From Gemmatimonadota bacterium (GTDB lineage: Bacteria; Gemmatimonadota; Gemmatimonadetes; Longimicrobiales; Gaopeijiaceae): a stretch of DNA of 64,000 nt. The stretch covers positions 121,279 through 185,278 of the forward strand of contig JAUIEJ010000011.1 in NCBI GenBank assembly GCA_030428885.1. The letters run 5' to 3'. A model generated the notes under the pieces. The model did no database searches. It was not told the origin of the DNA and saw only the letters and a program-made list of their open reading frames with translations. Both the position numbers and the translations under genes were made by a program. Every line of letters starts with the position of its first letter. The stretch's first letter is position 1. Shown one piece after another: positions 1 to 9,621 of the stretch.

Positions 1-840
1 CCGCTCCTCTTCCAGCTCGGCCACGATCCGGCTCCCGGCCGCCCCCTCGGCGTCGGAGAACAGACGCGACACCACGGCCGCGGCGTCCAGGTCGAATCCG
101 TCCAGGCCCGCCGCCTGGAGCACGAACGTCCACTTCTTCTGCCCGTAGTCCTGCAGGGCGGGCTTGCCCGTGTCGGTGGACGGGCAGTAGTCCAGGGCGT
201 CGTCCACCATCTGGTAGAGGGCGCCCACCCGGCGCCCTTCGGCCTCCCCGAGGGCACCGCCGGCCTCTCCGGACCAGGCCCGGGCCAGGGCCACGGCGGC
301 GCCGAAGAGTTCTCCCGACTTGCCCTCGATGGCCGCCCGATATTCGGCGGGGGTCAGGGCCCGGCCCGCGCCCCGGTGCTGGGCGATCTCGCCCGCCACG
401 GTCCGCTCCACGGCCCGGACGAACACCGGGAGGAACCCCGGGATGTCGGCGGCGGCGGCCACCCGGTAGGCCGCCGTGAGGAGGTGGTCGCCCTGGACCA
501 CGGCGGCCCCCACGCCGCGGGTGGACACCAGGGTCGCTTCACCGCGCCGGGTCGCCGCGTCGTCCACGATGTCGTCGTGGAGCAGGGACGCCTCGTGGAC
601 CATCTGGATGGCCAGGGCACCCAGCCAGAACCGATCGTCGACCCGGGCCCGGTGGTCCGGCGGCAGCACGGCCCAGGCCACCACGGGGCGGAGCAGCTTT
701 CCCCGGGGTTCGGGCACGGGCAGCCCCAACCCGCGCATGCCCACGGCGGCCCGGGCGAGTCCCGCCCGGACCACGGCGCAGGCGTCCTCCAGGGAGGGCC
801 CCCCGGTGGGGACCCGCGCCGAGGCGTTGCCCGAGGTCAC
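1..840 (-). CDS. polyprenyl diphosphate synthase (GGPP synthase/CrtE-like), 3' end runs off the window
   Basis: Manual translation from GTG at 840 gives GKLLRP and MVHEASLLHDDIVDDAATRRG (first Asp-rich motif). The start overlaps the stop of the upstream cruF-like gene (GTGA). Confidence 0.85.
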   Translation of the reverse strand, partial: MTSGNASARVPTGGPSLEDACAVVRAGLARAAVGMRGLGLPVPEPRGKLLRPVVAWAVLPPDHRARVDDRFWLGALAIQMVHEASLLHDDIVDDAATRRGEATLVSTRGVGAAVVQGDHLLTAAYRVAAAADIPGFLPVFVRAVERTVAGEIAQHRGAGRALTPAEYRAAIEGKSGELFGAAVALARAWSGEAGGALGEAEGRRVGALYQMVDDALDYCPSTDTGKPALQDYGQKKWTFVLQAAGLDGFDLDAAAVVSRLFSDAEGAAGSRIVAELEEER

Positions 841-1703
841 GAAGACCTCCCCGATGCGGCCAGCGACGGTTCGCTCCGCCAGACGCCCGGCGACCGGCGC
901 GTCAGGGCCAGGTGGAGTCCCCAGAGCACGCCCAGGGCACCCACCGTGGCCGCCACCGCCCCCCACAGACCCGCCACCGTCACCATGCCCAGGGGCATGA
1001 GGAGCACGGCGACGTAGAATCCCGTGGCCCACCGGGGAGACACGTCTCCGCTCCATCCCCCGCCCACCCGGTCCAGCGCCTCGAGCACCGTCATGATGAC
1101 GAGGCCCGTGAGAAGCCAGCCGGCGAGATTCACCCACGGCATGCCGTAGAACGGACCGGGGGTCTCCCAGAGCCAGTAGGGCGTGAGGAAGCTCATGGCC
1201 GGATCCAGCGCCAGATCCCAGGTGACCAGGATCACCGCGGCGAACACCACCCGGGCCACGGCCTTCCGGGCTCCGGGGAACGTCTCCCGGGCCATGATCC
1301 AGGCCGGCGCCGACATGACGAACCAGCTCAGGGGGATCACGTACGGTACGCGCCCCGCCAGCTTCGGCCCCAGGAGCCCCGTGTATCCGTAGCCGGAGAA
1401 CGGGAATCCGTAGCCCGTGCCCACGTGTTCGGCGAGGAACGACACGGCATACACGGCGGCCAGGGCCGGCAGCCACCGGACCCCCGCCCGTCGGAACAGG
1501 GCGAGAAAGAGCACCCCGGCGGTGAGGACGATGTGGGTGCGGGCGAAGAACGGAAACGACACGGTGTAGAACTCGGTGGCCCACGAGTTCTGGGGGAGAT
1601 TCCAGGGCCGGAGGCCGAAGAAGGCGTAGCCCGCGATGGCGACGGCGGTGAAGCCGTAGAGGGCCACGAGGGCCCACCCTTCGAGGGTGGCGGGGCGACG
1701 CAT
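837..1703 (-). CDS. cruF: carotenoid biosynthesis membrane protein (CruF/DUF422-type hydratase)
   Basis: C-terminal part of ORF 837..2072 from MRRPATL. Multi-TM protein with AEHVG..GYGFPFSGYGY, LGPKLAGRVP..IP..WF, WDLALDPAM and YGMP..N..GW motifs. Lies next to a prenyl synthase. Confidence 0.8.
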   Translation of the reverse strand: MRRPATLEGWALVALYGFTAVAIAGYAFFGLRPWNLPQNSWATEFYTVSFPFFARTHIVLTAGVLFLALFRRAGVRWLPALAAVYAVSFLAEHVGTGYGFPFSGYGYTGLLGPKLAGRVPYVIPLSWFVMSAPAWIMARETFPGARKAVARVVFAAVILVTWDLALDPAMSFLTPYWLWETPGPFYGMPWVNLAGWLLTGLVIMTVLEALDRVGGGWSGDVSPRWATGFYVAVLLMPLGMVTVAGLWGAVAATVGALGVLWGLHLALTRRSPGVWRSEPSLAASGRSS

Positions 1704-1705
1704 GG

Positions 1706-2656
1706 TCACGCCACCTCCCCCACGTCCACCGTGCGGGTCTCGGTCCCCAATCCCTCGTCCAGGGCCTGGCCGAACTCGGTGAGCGAGGCGAAGGTCCCGA
1801 AGGCCTGGAACGGGAGGTCCAGGTCGTCCAGGAACGGGGGTTCGGCCACCTCGCCGCCGAACACCAGGGTGTACGGATGGGCCCCCTGGTAGAACTCGCC
1901 GAGGATCCGCACCGCCCGCTTCATGTCGGCCGCGGTGTTGGGCGGAGCGAACGAGATGCACACCAGTTGGGCGTTCCTGGAGCGTTGAATCGCGGCGAAG
2001 TCCTCCACGGGGACGTCCGCCCCCACGAAGTAGACGTCCCACCCCTGGCGCTCCAGGAGCAGGCGCACGCACAGCCCGCCCAGGTTGTGCCGATCGCCCT
2101 CCATGCTGCCCACCACGGCCACGGGGCGGTCTTCCGACTCATCCGGCGGGCCCGCGTCCCGGAGCCTCAGCAGCACCTCGGTCAGGGCCTCCGACGCCAT
2201 GTGCTCCTCCCCCACCCGCAGGCGCCCCGAGCGCCAGGTCTCGCCCACGTCGTGCATGAATCCCCGCACCGCTTCGTCGCAGAAACGAGGGAACGAGACG
2301 CCGGGATGGCGACCCAGTTCCAGGAAGAGGGCCCCGAGCCGCCGCAGGTGGCCCCGGGTGAGCCAGCCCATGGCCAGCGCCCGCACCCGGCGGAAGTCGC
2401 CCTCGTCCACGGCCTCGTGGAGGGCCGTCCAGACGTGGGCCTCGTAGGGCGAGAAGGCGTCCAGCAGCGTGGGAATGGACCGCTCCGACGACAGCGACAG
2501 GACATCCCGCAGATGGATGCGCCGGTGGCCACCATCGGTCTTGTCCACCTCGAGATCTCCCTCGTTGCACCACCGCTTCACCGTGGACGGGTGAACGGAC
2601 AGTAGCTCCGCCACCTGGGTGGTCGTGAGAAAGAGATCGGAATTGAACCGCTCCAT
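1706..2656 (-). CDS. carH: CarH/LitR-like cobalamin-binding, light-responsive transcriptional regulator
   Basis: N-terminal HTH (LTTTQVAELLSVHPSTVKRW..GGHRR), W-x9-EH motif (WRSGRLRVGEEH) and a B12-binding EGDRHNLG..GWDV motif. First gene of the carotenoid operon. Confidence 0.85.
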   Translation of the reverse strand: MERFNSDLFLTTTQVAELLSVHPSTVKRWCNEGDLEVDKTDGGHRRIHLRDVLSLSSERSIPTLLDAFSPYEAHVWTALHEAVDEGDFRRVRALAMGWLTRGHLRRLGALFLELGRHPGVSFPRFCDEAVRGFMHDVGETWRSGRLRVGEEHMASEALTEVLLRLRDAGPPDESEDRPVAVVGSMEGDRHNLGGLCVRLLLERQGWDVYFVGADVPVEDFAAIQRSRNAQLVCISFAPPNTAADMKRAVRILGEFYQGAHPYTLVFGGEVAEPPFLDDLDLPFQAFGTFASLTEFGQALDEGLGTETRTVDVGEVA

Positions 2657-2722
2657 GATGGCTCCGGGCCGGATCGAAAGATCGTGGGCAGGGTAGGGGA
2701 GGCTCGAAAACGCTTCCGCACC

Positions 2723-2751
2723 ATTGTTCGAGCGCTTTTGCACCCCGTCAA
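2723..2751 (-). promoter_or_regulatory. putative sigma70 promoter for the carH operon
   Basis: Minus strand TTGACG-17 bp-AACAAT upstream of carH. The -10 box is imperfect. Confidence 0.4.
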
Positions 2752-2816
2752 GATCGCCGTGTTCCCCGTTTCGCTCAATTGAGGGGCAGCGATCGTTTTT
2801 CACGCTGCGGTACCGC

Positions 2817-3858
2817 ATGACGCCACCCCCGGTTCCATCGCCCCTCCTCCAGGTCACCGACGACGGCCTCCACTGCGCCGTGGGCGGATTCTGGATCGAC
2901 CCGTGGCGTCCGGTGGATCGGGCCGTGCTCACCCACGCCCACGCCGACCACGCCCGGCCCGGGTCCCGGGCGTACCTGGTGTCCCGGGCCGGGGAAGGGG
3001 TATTCCGAACCCGCCTCGGCCCCGACGCGCCCCTGGATGCCGTGGACTGGGGCGAGCGCCGAACCCTCGACGGGGTCCACGTTTCCCTCCACCCGGCGGG
3101 GCACGTGCTGGGGTCGGCCCAGGTGCGGGTGGAATACCGGGGCGAGGTGTGGGTGGTCACCGGCGACTACAAGCGCCGCGCCGACCCCACCACCACCCCC
3201 TTCGAGCCCCAGCGCTGCCACACCCTGGTCACCGAGTCCACCTTCGGCCTGCCCGTCTACCGCTGGCCCGCCCCCGGGGTGGAAGAAGCGGCCATGGCCG
3301 ACTGGTGGGCGGGAAACCGGGCGGCGGGCCGCACCAGCGTGCTCTTCGGCTACGCCCTGGGAAAGGCCCAGCGCCTCCTGGCCGCCGTGCCCCGGGACGC
3401 CGGCCCCATCCTGGTCCACGGGGCCGTGGCCCGGCTGAACGAGGCCTATCGGGCGGCGGGCGTCGACCTGCCCCCGACCCTCCCCGCCGACCGCGAGCAC
3501 GCCCGGGCCCACCGGGGCACGGCGCTGGTGGTGGCGCCCCCCTCCGCCGGGGGCACGACCTGGCTGCGCAAAGTTCGGCCCGGTCTCCACGGCCTTCGCC
3601 TCGGGGTGGATGCGCATCCGGGGCACCCGGCGGCGGCGTTCCGGCGACCGGGGGTTCGTGGTGTCCGACCACGCGGACTGGGACGGACTCCTGGCCACGG
3701 TCCGGGAGTCGGGAGCCGAACGGGTGGGGGTGACCCACGGGTTCCGGGCGACCCTGGTGCGCTACCTGCGGGAGGTGGAGGGTCTGGACGCCTGGTCCCT
3801 CCCCACGCCGTGGGAGGATCGGGATGAGGCGGGCGAGGCCGAGGAGGAGGAGGCGTGA
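2817..3858 (+). pseudogene. ligase-associated DNA damage response exonuclease (MBL fold), with a 1-nt frameshift
   Basis: THAHADH, HPAGHVLGS, VVTGDYKR, ESTFG, then an extra A at 3570-3572 (cgc aaa gtt). Removing it restores KFGPVSTAFASGWMRIRG..SDHADW..VTHG. Could be a real lesion or a sequence error. Confidence 0.85.
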
Positions 3859-5507
3859 GACGGTTCACCGCCCTGGTCGACGCCCTGGACCGGACCACCC
3901 GGACCACGGAGAAGGTCGACGCCCTGGCCCGGTACTTCACCGACGCGCCCCCGGCCGACGCCGCCTGGGCGCTGTACGTCCTCACGGGCCGAACCGTGAA
4001 GCGGGCGGTGTCCGGGGCGCGGCTCCGGGGCTGGATGGTGGAGCGGTCCGGCCACCCCGATTGGCTCGTGGAGGAGTCGTACTCCGCCGTGGGCGACCTC
4101 GCCGAGACCCTGGCCCTCCTCCATCCCCCCACCGACGCCGACGGCCGCGGGGGCACGGATCACCCCCTCCACCACCTCATGGAGGAGCGGGTGCTCCCCC
4201 TGCGGAACATGGAGGAGGCCGAGGCCCGACGGGCGGTGCTGGACACCTGGGCCGGACTCGACGCCCGGCAGCGCTTCGTCTGGAACAAGCTCCTCACCGG
4301 GGCCTTCCGCCTCGGTGTGGGGCGGAAGTTGGCCGTCCGGGGGCTGGCGAAGGCCACGGGCCTGCCCCCGTCGCTCCTGGCCCACCGCATCACCGGGGCC
4401 TGGTCGCCCACGCCCGATGATTTCGCCTGGATCGTGGCCCCCGAATCCAGCGAGGCCGACCCCGGGCGCCCCTACCCCTTCTTCCTGGCCCACCCGGTGG
4501 ACGACGACGCCGGGGGGGTGGAGTCCCTGGGGCCCCGGGAGGCGTGGCAGGCGGAGTGGAAGTGGGACGGCATCCGGGCCCAACTCATCAAGCGGGTGGG
4601 CGAGGTCCTGGTCTGGTCCCGGGGCGAGGAGCTGGTCACGCCGTGGTTTCCCGAACTCGCCGACGCCGCCGCCGTCCTCCCCGACGGCCACGTCCTGGAC
4701 GGCGAGGTGGTGGCCTGGGGGGACGACGGGGTCCGGGCCTTCGGCGATCTCCAGCGGCGCCTCAACCGATCCCGGGTGGGGGCCCGGCTCCTCACCCAGG
4801 TGCCCGTGCGCTTCCTGGCCTACGACCTCCTGGAAGCCGGGGGAGTCGACCTGCGGGAGCGTCCCCTGGCGGAGCGGCGCCAGGCCCTGGAGGCGGTGAT
4901 CCGGGGCAGCGACATCCCCCGGGGCCATGGCGGCGCGCCGGTGCTGGGCCTCTCGCCGGTCATCGAGGCCCCGGGGTGGGCCGACCTGGCCGCCCTCCGC
5001 TCCACCGCCCGGGAGCGGGGCGTGGAGGGGCTCATGCTCAAGCGGCGGGAAAGCCCGTACCGGGTGGGGCGCCCCCGGGGCGACTGGTGGAAGTGGAAGG
5101 TGGAGCCGTTTCGCGTGGACGGCGTCCTGCTCTACGCCCAGCGGGGCCACGGCCGGCGGGCCTCCCTCCACTCCGACTACACCTTCGGCGTGTGGGACGG
5201 CGAGACCCTGGTCCCCTTCGCCAAGGCCTATTCGGGGCTCACCGACGCCGAGATCCGGGAGGTCGACCGGTGGGTGCGCCGGCACACGGTGGAGCGCTTC
5301 GGACCGGTGCGCTCGGTGGAGCCCGCCCTGGTGTTCGAACTGGCCTTCGAGGGCATCCGTCGCTCCACGCGCCACAAGGCGGGGGTGGCGGTGCGGTTTC
5401 CCCGCATGACCCGGTGGCGCCGCGACAAACCTCCGGCCGAAGCCGACACCCTGGAGACGGTCCGGGCGCTCCTTCCCGCCGACGCGGCGTCGAAGGGGGC
5501 CTCGTGA
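3855..5507 (+). CDS. ATP-dependent DNA ligase (ligase-associated cluster)
   Basis: EWKWDGIRAQ adenylation motif, VLDGE, EGLMLKR, WWKWK, VRFPR. Overlaps both neighbours. Confidence 0.95.
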   Translation: MRRFTALVDALDRTTRTTEKVDALARYFTDAPPADAAWALYVLTGRTVKRAVSGARLRGWMVERSGHPDWLVEESYSAVGDLAETLALLHPPTDADGRGGTDHPLHHLMEERVLPLRNMEEAEARRAVLDTWAGLDARQRFVWNKLLTGAFRLGVGRKLAVRGLAKATGLPPSLLAHRITGAWSPTPDDFAWIVAPESSEADPGRPYPFFLAHPVDDDAGGVESLGPREAWQAEWKWDGIRAQLIKRVGEVLVWSRGEELVTPWFPELADAAAVLPDGHVLDGEVVAWGDDGVRAFGDLQRRLNRSRVGARLLTQVPVRFLAYDLLEAGGVDLRERPLAERRQALEAVIRGSDIPRGHGGAPVLGLSPVIEAPGWADLAALRSTARERGVEGLMLKRRESPYRVGRPRGDWWKWKVEPFRVDGVLLYAQRGHGRRASLHSDYTFGVWDGETLVPFAKAYSGLTDAEIREVDRWVRRHTVERFGPVRSVEPALVFELAFEGIRRSTRHKAGVAVRFPRMTRWRRDKPPAEADTLETVRALLPADAASKGAS

Positions 5508-7954
5508 GCCGGGAGCGCGACGCCCTGGAGGCGTGGTTCGAGGGCCGGGGATGGCGTCCCTTCGGCTTCCAGCGGGAGGTATGGGACTCCTGGGCCGCCG
5601 GCGAGAGCGGGCTGCTCCACGTTCCCACCGGCGTGGGCAAGACCCTGGCCGCCGCCGGGGGACCCCTGGCCGCCGCCAAAGGCGAGCCCGACGCGGGGGG
5701 CCTGCGGGTGCTCTGGATCACGCCCCTCCGGGCCCTGGCCCGGGACACGGTGACGGCGCTGTCCGAGGGGGTGGACGGGATGGGACTCCCCTGGCGGGTG
5801 GAGCGCCGCACCGGCGACACGCCGGCGTCACGCAAGGCCCGGCAGAAGACCGACCCGCCCGAAATCCTGGTCACCACCCCCGAGTCCCTGAGCCTGCTCC
5901 TCACCCACAAGGGCCATCCGTCGCTCTTCTCGCGGCTCGATACGGTGGTGGTGGACGAGTGGCACGAGCTCTGTTCGTCGAAGCGGGGGGTCCAGACCGA
6001 GCTGGGGCTGGCCCGACTCCGCAGGCTGCGCCCGGGTCTGCGCACCTGGGGATTGTCGGCCACCCTCCCCAACCTCGACGAGGCCCGGGACGCGCTCCTG
6101 GGACCCGGGGAACCGGGGCGCATCGTGGGCCCCGGCCCGGACGTCCCGGAGAGCGCCTTCGAGCTCGCCACGGTGCTTCCCCCCGAGCCCCAGCGGTTCC
6201 CCTGGGCCGGCCACCTCGGGCTCGCCCTCCTGGATCCGGTCCTGGACGCCCTGGACGCCCCCGGCACGGCGCTGCTCTTCACCAACACCCGATCCCAGGC
6301 CGAACTCTGGCACCGGGCCATCGTCGACGCCCGGCCGGCGTGGGCCCCCGACGTGCTGCTCCACCACGGCTCGCTGGCCCGGAGCGAACGCACCGACGCC
6401 GAGGAGCGGCTGCGCCTGGGCACGGCCCGCTGCGTCGTGTGCACGTCGACCCTGGATCTGGGGGTGGACTTCTCGCCGGTGGATCGGGTGATCCAGGTGG
6501 GCAGTCCCCGGGGCGTGGGGCGCCTGCTCCAGCGGGCGGGCCGAAGCGGGCATCGCCCCGGCGGCTTCCGGCGGGTGCTGTGCGTGCCCACCCACGCCCT
6601 GGAACTGGCCGAGTTCGCCGCGGCCCGCACCGCGGTGGACGCCGGATCCCTGGAGCCCCGGCGCCCCCTGGACCGGCCCCTGGACGTCCTGGCCCAGCAC
6701 CTGGTGACCCGGGCCCTGGGCGGGGGATTCACCCGGTCGGAGATCGGCGACGAGGTGCGCTCCACCCGAGCCTATCGGGAGCTGGACGACGACACCCTGA
6801 CGTGGTGTCTGGACTTCGTGACCCGGGGGGGCTCGGCGCTGGAGGCGTACCCCCGCTACCACCGGGTCGTGGAGCGGGACGGCGTCTTCACGGTGGAGTC
6901 CCGTACCGTGGCCCGACACCACCGAATGTCGGTGGGGACCATCACCGACGACGGGCACCTGGAGGTGCGTTTTCTCAAGGGCCGCCGCCTGGGCCGGGTG
7001 GAGGAGTCGTTCCTCGCCCGTCTCACCCCCGGCGACCGGTTCCTCTTCGCGGGGCGGGAGCTCCAACTGGTGCGGATCCGGGACATGGTGGCGTGGGTGC
7101 GGCTGGCCCGGGGACGCCGGGGGCGTCGGCCGGTCCCTCGCTGGGCCGGGGGCCGCATGCCCCTCTCGAGCCACCTGGCCGAGGCGGTGGCCGGGGCCCT
7201 GGCCGGGACGCTGGCCGCCCACACCCCCGAGATGGCCGCCGTGGCCCCCCTCCTGGAGCTCCAGGCCCGGTGGTCCGAGCTCCCGGGCCCCCACCGTCTC
7301 CTGGCGGAGCGCCACCGCACCCGGGAGGGCCACCACCTCTTCGTGTTCCCCTTCCTGGGGCGGGCCGCCCACGAGGGGCTGGCGGCGCTGGTGGCCTGGC
7401 GCCTGTCCCAGGCGGCGCCCCGGACGGTGGCGGTCTCGGCCAACGACTACGGGTTCGAGATCGCCTCCCCCGACCCCCTCCCGGACGATCCGGCCGAGTG
7501 GGCGCAGCATTGGTCGTCCGCCCACCTCAACGAACATCTCCTGGCCTGCCTCAACGCCACCGAGCTGGCCCGGCGGCGCTTTCGCCAGGTGGCCCGGGTG
7601 TCGGGCCTGGTGTTTCAGGGACCCCCGGGTCGGAGCAAGTCCGCCCGGCAGCTTCAAGCCTCGTCGGGGCTCATCTACGACGTCCTGGCCCGGTGGGACC
7701 CGGACAACCTGCTCCTGGGCCAGGCGCACCGGGAGGTGCTGGAACAGGAGCTGGAGGTGCGGCGCCTCCGGGCCGGCCTGGATCGCATGGCCAAGCTGGA
7801 GCCGGTCTTCACCGCACCCCCGCGGCTGACCCCCCTGGCGTTCCCCATCTGGGCCGAGCGCATGCAGGCCCAGGTCAGCACCGAGTCGTGGATCGACCGG
7901 GTGCGCCGAGCCGCGGGACGACTGGAAAAGGCTGCGGCGGCGGGGGAATCGTGA
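5504..7954 (+). CDS. ligase-associated DEXH-box helicase (Lhr-core family)
   Basis: GTG at 5504. PTGVGKT, TTPESL, VVDEWH, GLSAT, HHGSL, TSTLDLGVD, QRAGRSGH. Confidence 0.95.
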   Translation: MSRERDALEAWFEGRGWRPFGFQREVWDSWAAGESGLLHVPTGVGKTLAAAGGPLAAAKGEPDAGGLRVLWITPLRALARDTVTALSEGVDGMGLPWRVERRTGDTPASRKARQKTDPPEILVTTPESLSLLLTHKGHPSLFSRLDTVVVDEWHELCSSKRGVQTELGLARLRRLRPGLRTWGLSATLPNLDEARDALLGPGEPGRIVGPGPDVPESAFELATVLPPEPQRFPWAGHLGLALLDPVLDALDAPGTALLFTNTRSQAELWHRAIVDARPAWAPDVLLHHGSLARSERTDAEERLRLGTARCVVCTSTLDLGVDFSPVDRVIQVGSPRGVGRLLQRAGRSGHRPGGFRRVLCVPTHALELAEFAAARTAVDAGSLEPRRPLDRPLDVLAQHLVTRALGGGFTRSEIGDEVRSTRAYRELDDDTLTWCLDFVTRGGSALEAYPRYHRVVERDGVFTVESRTVARHHRMSVGTITDDGHLEVRFLKGRRLGRVEESFLARLTPGDRFLFAGRELQLVRIRDMVAWVRLARGRRGRRPVPRWAGGRMPLSSHLAEAVAGALAGTLAAHTPEMAAVAPLLELQARWSELPGPHRLLAERHRTREGHHLFVFPFLGRAAHEGLAALVAWRLSQAAPRTVAVSANDYGFEIASPDPLPDDPAEWAQHWSSAHLNEHLLACLNATELARRRFRQVARVSGLVFQGPPGRSKSARQLQASSGLIYDVLARWDPDNLLLGQAHREVLEQELEVRRLRAGLDRMAKLEPVFTAPPRLTPLAFPIWAERMQAQVSTESWIDRVRRAAGRLEKAAAAGES

Positions 7955-8643
7955 CCCCCCGCCCCCTCCTGGACGTCACGCTCTGCGGCCGGACGTGGGC
8001 CCTGGACCCCCGGGGCGCCGCCGTGCTTCCCGAGGCCCGCACGGGGTTCGTGGCCGACCTCCACCTGGGCAAGACCACCCACTTTCGCCGCACGGGGCTG
8101 GCCGTCCCCGAGGGCGGCGAGGGGTGGGACCTGGGCCGCCTGGGCGAGGTGGTGAGGGCCCACGGCCTGCGCCGGTTGGTGGTGCTGGGCGACCTCGTTC
8201 ACACGGCCCGGGGGCTCGCGCCCGAAGTGGTGGACCGATTCTCGTCGTGGCGGGCGGCCCACCCGGAGCTCGACCTCGTCCTGGTCCGGGGGAATCACGA
8301 CCGGGGCGCGGGGGCCCTCCCGCCCGAGTGGGGCATCCAAAGCGTCGACGGCCCGGTGCGGGTCGCCGGCGTGGAATGCCGCCACGAGCCGCCTCCCCCG
8401 GGGCCGTCCATCGAGCCCGATACCGCCGTCCTGGCGGGCCACCTCCACCCCGTGGTGCGGATCCGGGAGGGGATGCACCGCGCCCTCCGGCCCCGGTGCT
8501 TCTGGTGGCGCCCGCCGGTCCTCGTGCTCCCCGCCTTCGGGGCCTTCACCGGCGGTCACCGGGTGCGGCCGTCGCCGGGCGACCGGATCTTCGCCGTGCC
8601 CCCCGAGAGCGAGGGGGTCGCCGTGGTGGAGCTGGGCGTTTAG
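7951..8643 (+). CDS. pdeM: ligase-associated metallophosphoesterase/endonuclease PdeM
   Basis: ADLHLGK, LGDLVH, GNHD, GHLHP, LPAFG..TGG. Last gene of the four-gene cluster. Confidence 0.9.
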   Translation: MTPRPLLDVTLCGRTWALDPRGAAVLPEARTGFVADLHLGKTTHFRRTGLAVPEGGEGWDLGRLGEVVRAHGLRRLVVLGDLVHTARGLAPEVVDRFSSWRAAHPELDLVLVRGNHDRGAGALPPEWGIQSVDGPVRVAGVECRHEPPPPGPSIEPDTAVLAGHLHPVVRIREGMHRALRPRCFWWRPPVLVLPAFGAFTGGHRVRPSPGDRIFAVPPESEGVAVVELGV

Positions 8644-8917
8644 AAGGGTGTTGAAGAAGTGGGGTGCGGTCGCGCGCCGGGGTCTTCCGGGCGTCCAGGG
8701 TAGGAGAGACGACGAGTCGTGGCAGCGTCACGGCGAGGAGGAAAGACGACGCCTGGGCCCCGGAACCCCCCGGCGCCCGGAGGGTTGGGGGCGGCACAAG
8801 GCCATCTCCTGCGTTGGCCCGTCTCGCCGTAGCTACGGCTATGCCTTCGACGAGCCGCCTTGGATCTGGCCTTGTGGCGCCCCCAACGCGACTCGCCCCA
8901 CTTCTTCAACACCCTTC
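8643..8917. mobile_element. MITE-like non-autonomous element
   Basis: Perfect 22-bp terminal inverted repeats GAAGGGTGTTGAAGAAGTGGGG (8643-8664 and 8896-8917) flanked by TA on both sides, with internal nested hairpins and no transposase. Confidence 0.8.
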
Positions 8918-9621
8918 TAGGGGCGGTCTGCGCCTTCGTCCCGGGGCGTGTCCACCAGCCCGGGCAGGGGCGGCATTTCCACCACCACCCCCTCGGCGTC
9001 CAGGGCGGGGTAGGGCAGGCCCGCCTCCCGGCAGCGCCGGGCCAGCTCCGGATAGGCCCACTCGAAGAGGATGCGCCGGAACCGCTCCGGCTCCAGGCGG
9101 GGGCCCGCGTAGAGGCCGGCGGCCTCGCGCTGCCGCTGGGCTTCGTAGAGCAGAACGGCGCTGGCCACGCTCACGTTGAGGGAGCGGACCATGCCCGCCA
9201 TGGGGACCTTCACCGTGCGATCCACCACCTCAAGCGCCCGCTCCGAGAGGCCCCGGAGCTCCGATCCCATGACGAAGCAGGTGGGCGTCGTGTAGTCCAG
9301 GGCGCGGAAGTCCACCGCCCCCGGGGCCGGATGGGCGGCCACCAACCGAAAGCCCCGCTCCTTCAGCGCCGCCGCCCCGGCGTCCACCGAGTCCCACGCC
9401 CGCATGGGCACCCACTTGGCCGATCCCGCCGACACCTCCCGGTTCAGGGGCTCGGGATCGTCCACGGGCACCATGTGCACCTCCATGACCCCCACCGCGT
9501 CGCAGCTCCGGGCCACCGCCGAGAGGTTGTGGGGCTTGTGGACCCCGTCCATGAGCACGGTGAGATCGGGCTGGCGCCGCGAGAGGACGCGGCGCAGGCG
9601 GCGGAAGCGTTCGGGGGTCAC
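8917..9621 (-). CDS. trmH: tRNA (guanosine-18 2'-O)-methyltransferase, SpoU family
   Basis: From GTG at 9621: RRQPDLTVLMDGVHKPHNLSAVARSCDAVG, GSELRG, PMAGMVRSLNVSVA, YEAQRQR. Confidence 0.93.
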   Translation of the reverse strand: MTPERFRRLRRVLSRRQPDLTVLMDGVHKPHNLSAVARSCDAVGVMEVHMVPVDDPEPLNREVSAGSAKWVPMRAWDSVDAGAAALKERGFRLVAAHPAPGAVDFRALDYTTPTCFVMGSELRGLSERALEVVDRTVKVPMAGMVRSLNVSVASAVLLYEAQRQREAAGLYAGPRLEPERFRRILFEWAYPELARRCREAGLPYPALDAEGVVVEMPPLPGLVDTPRDEGADRP

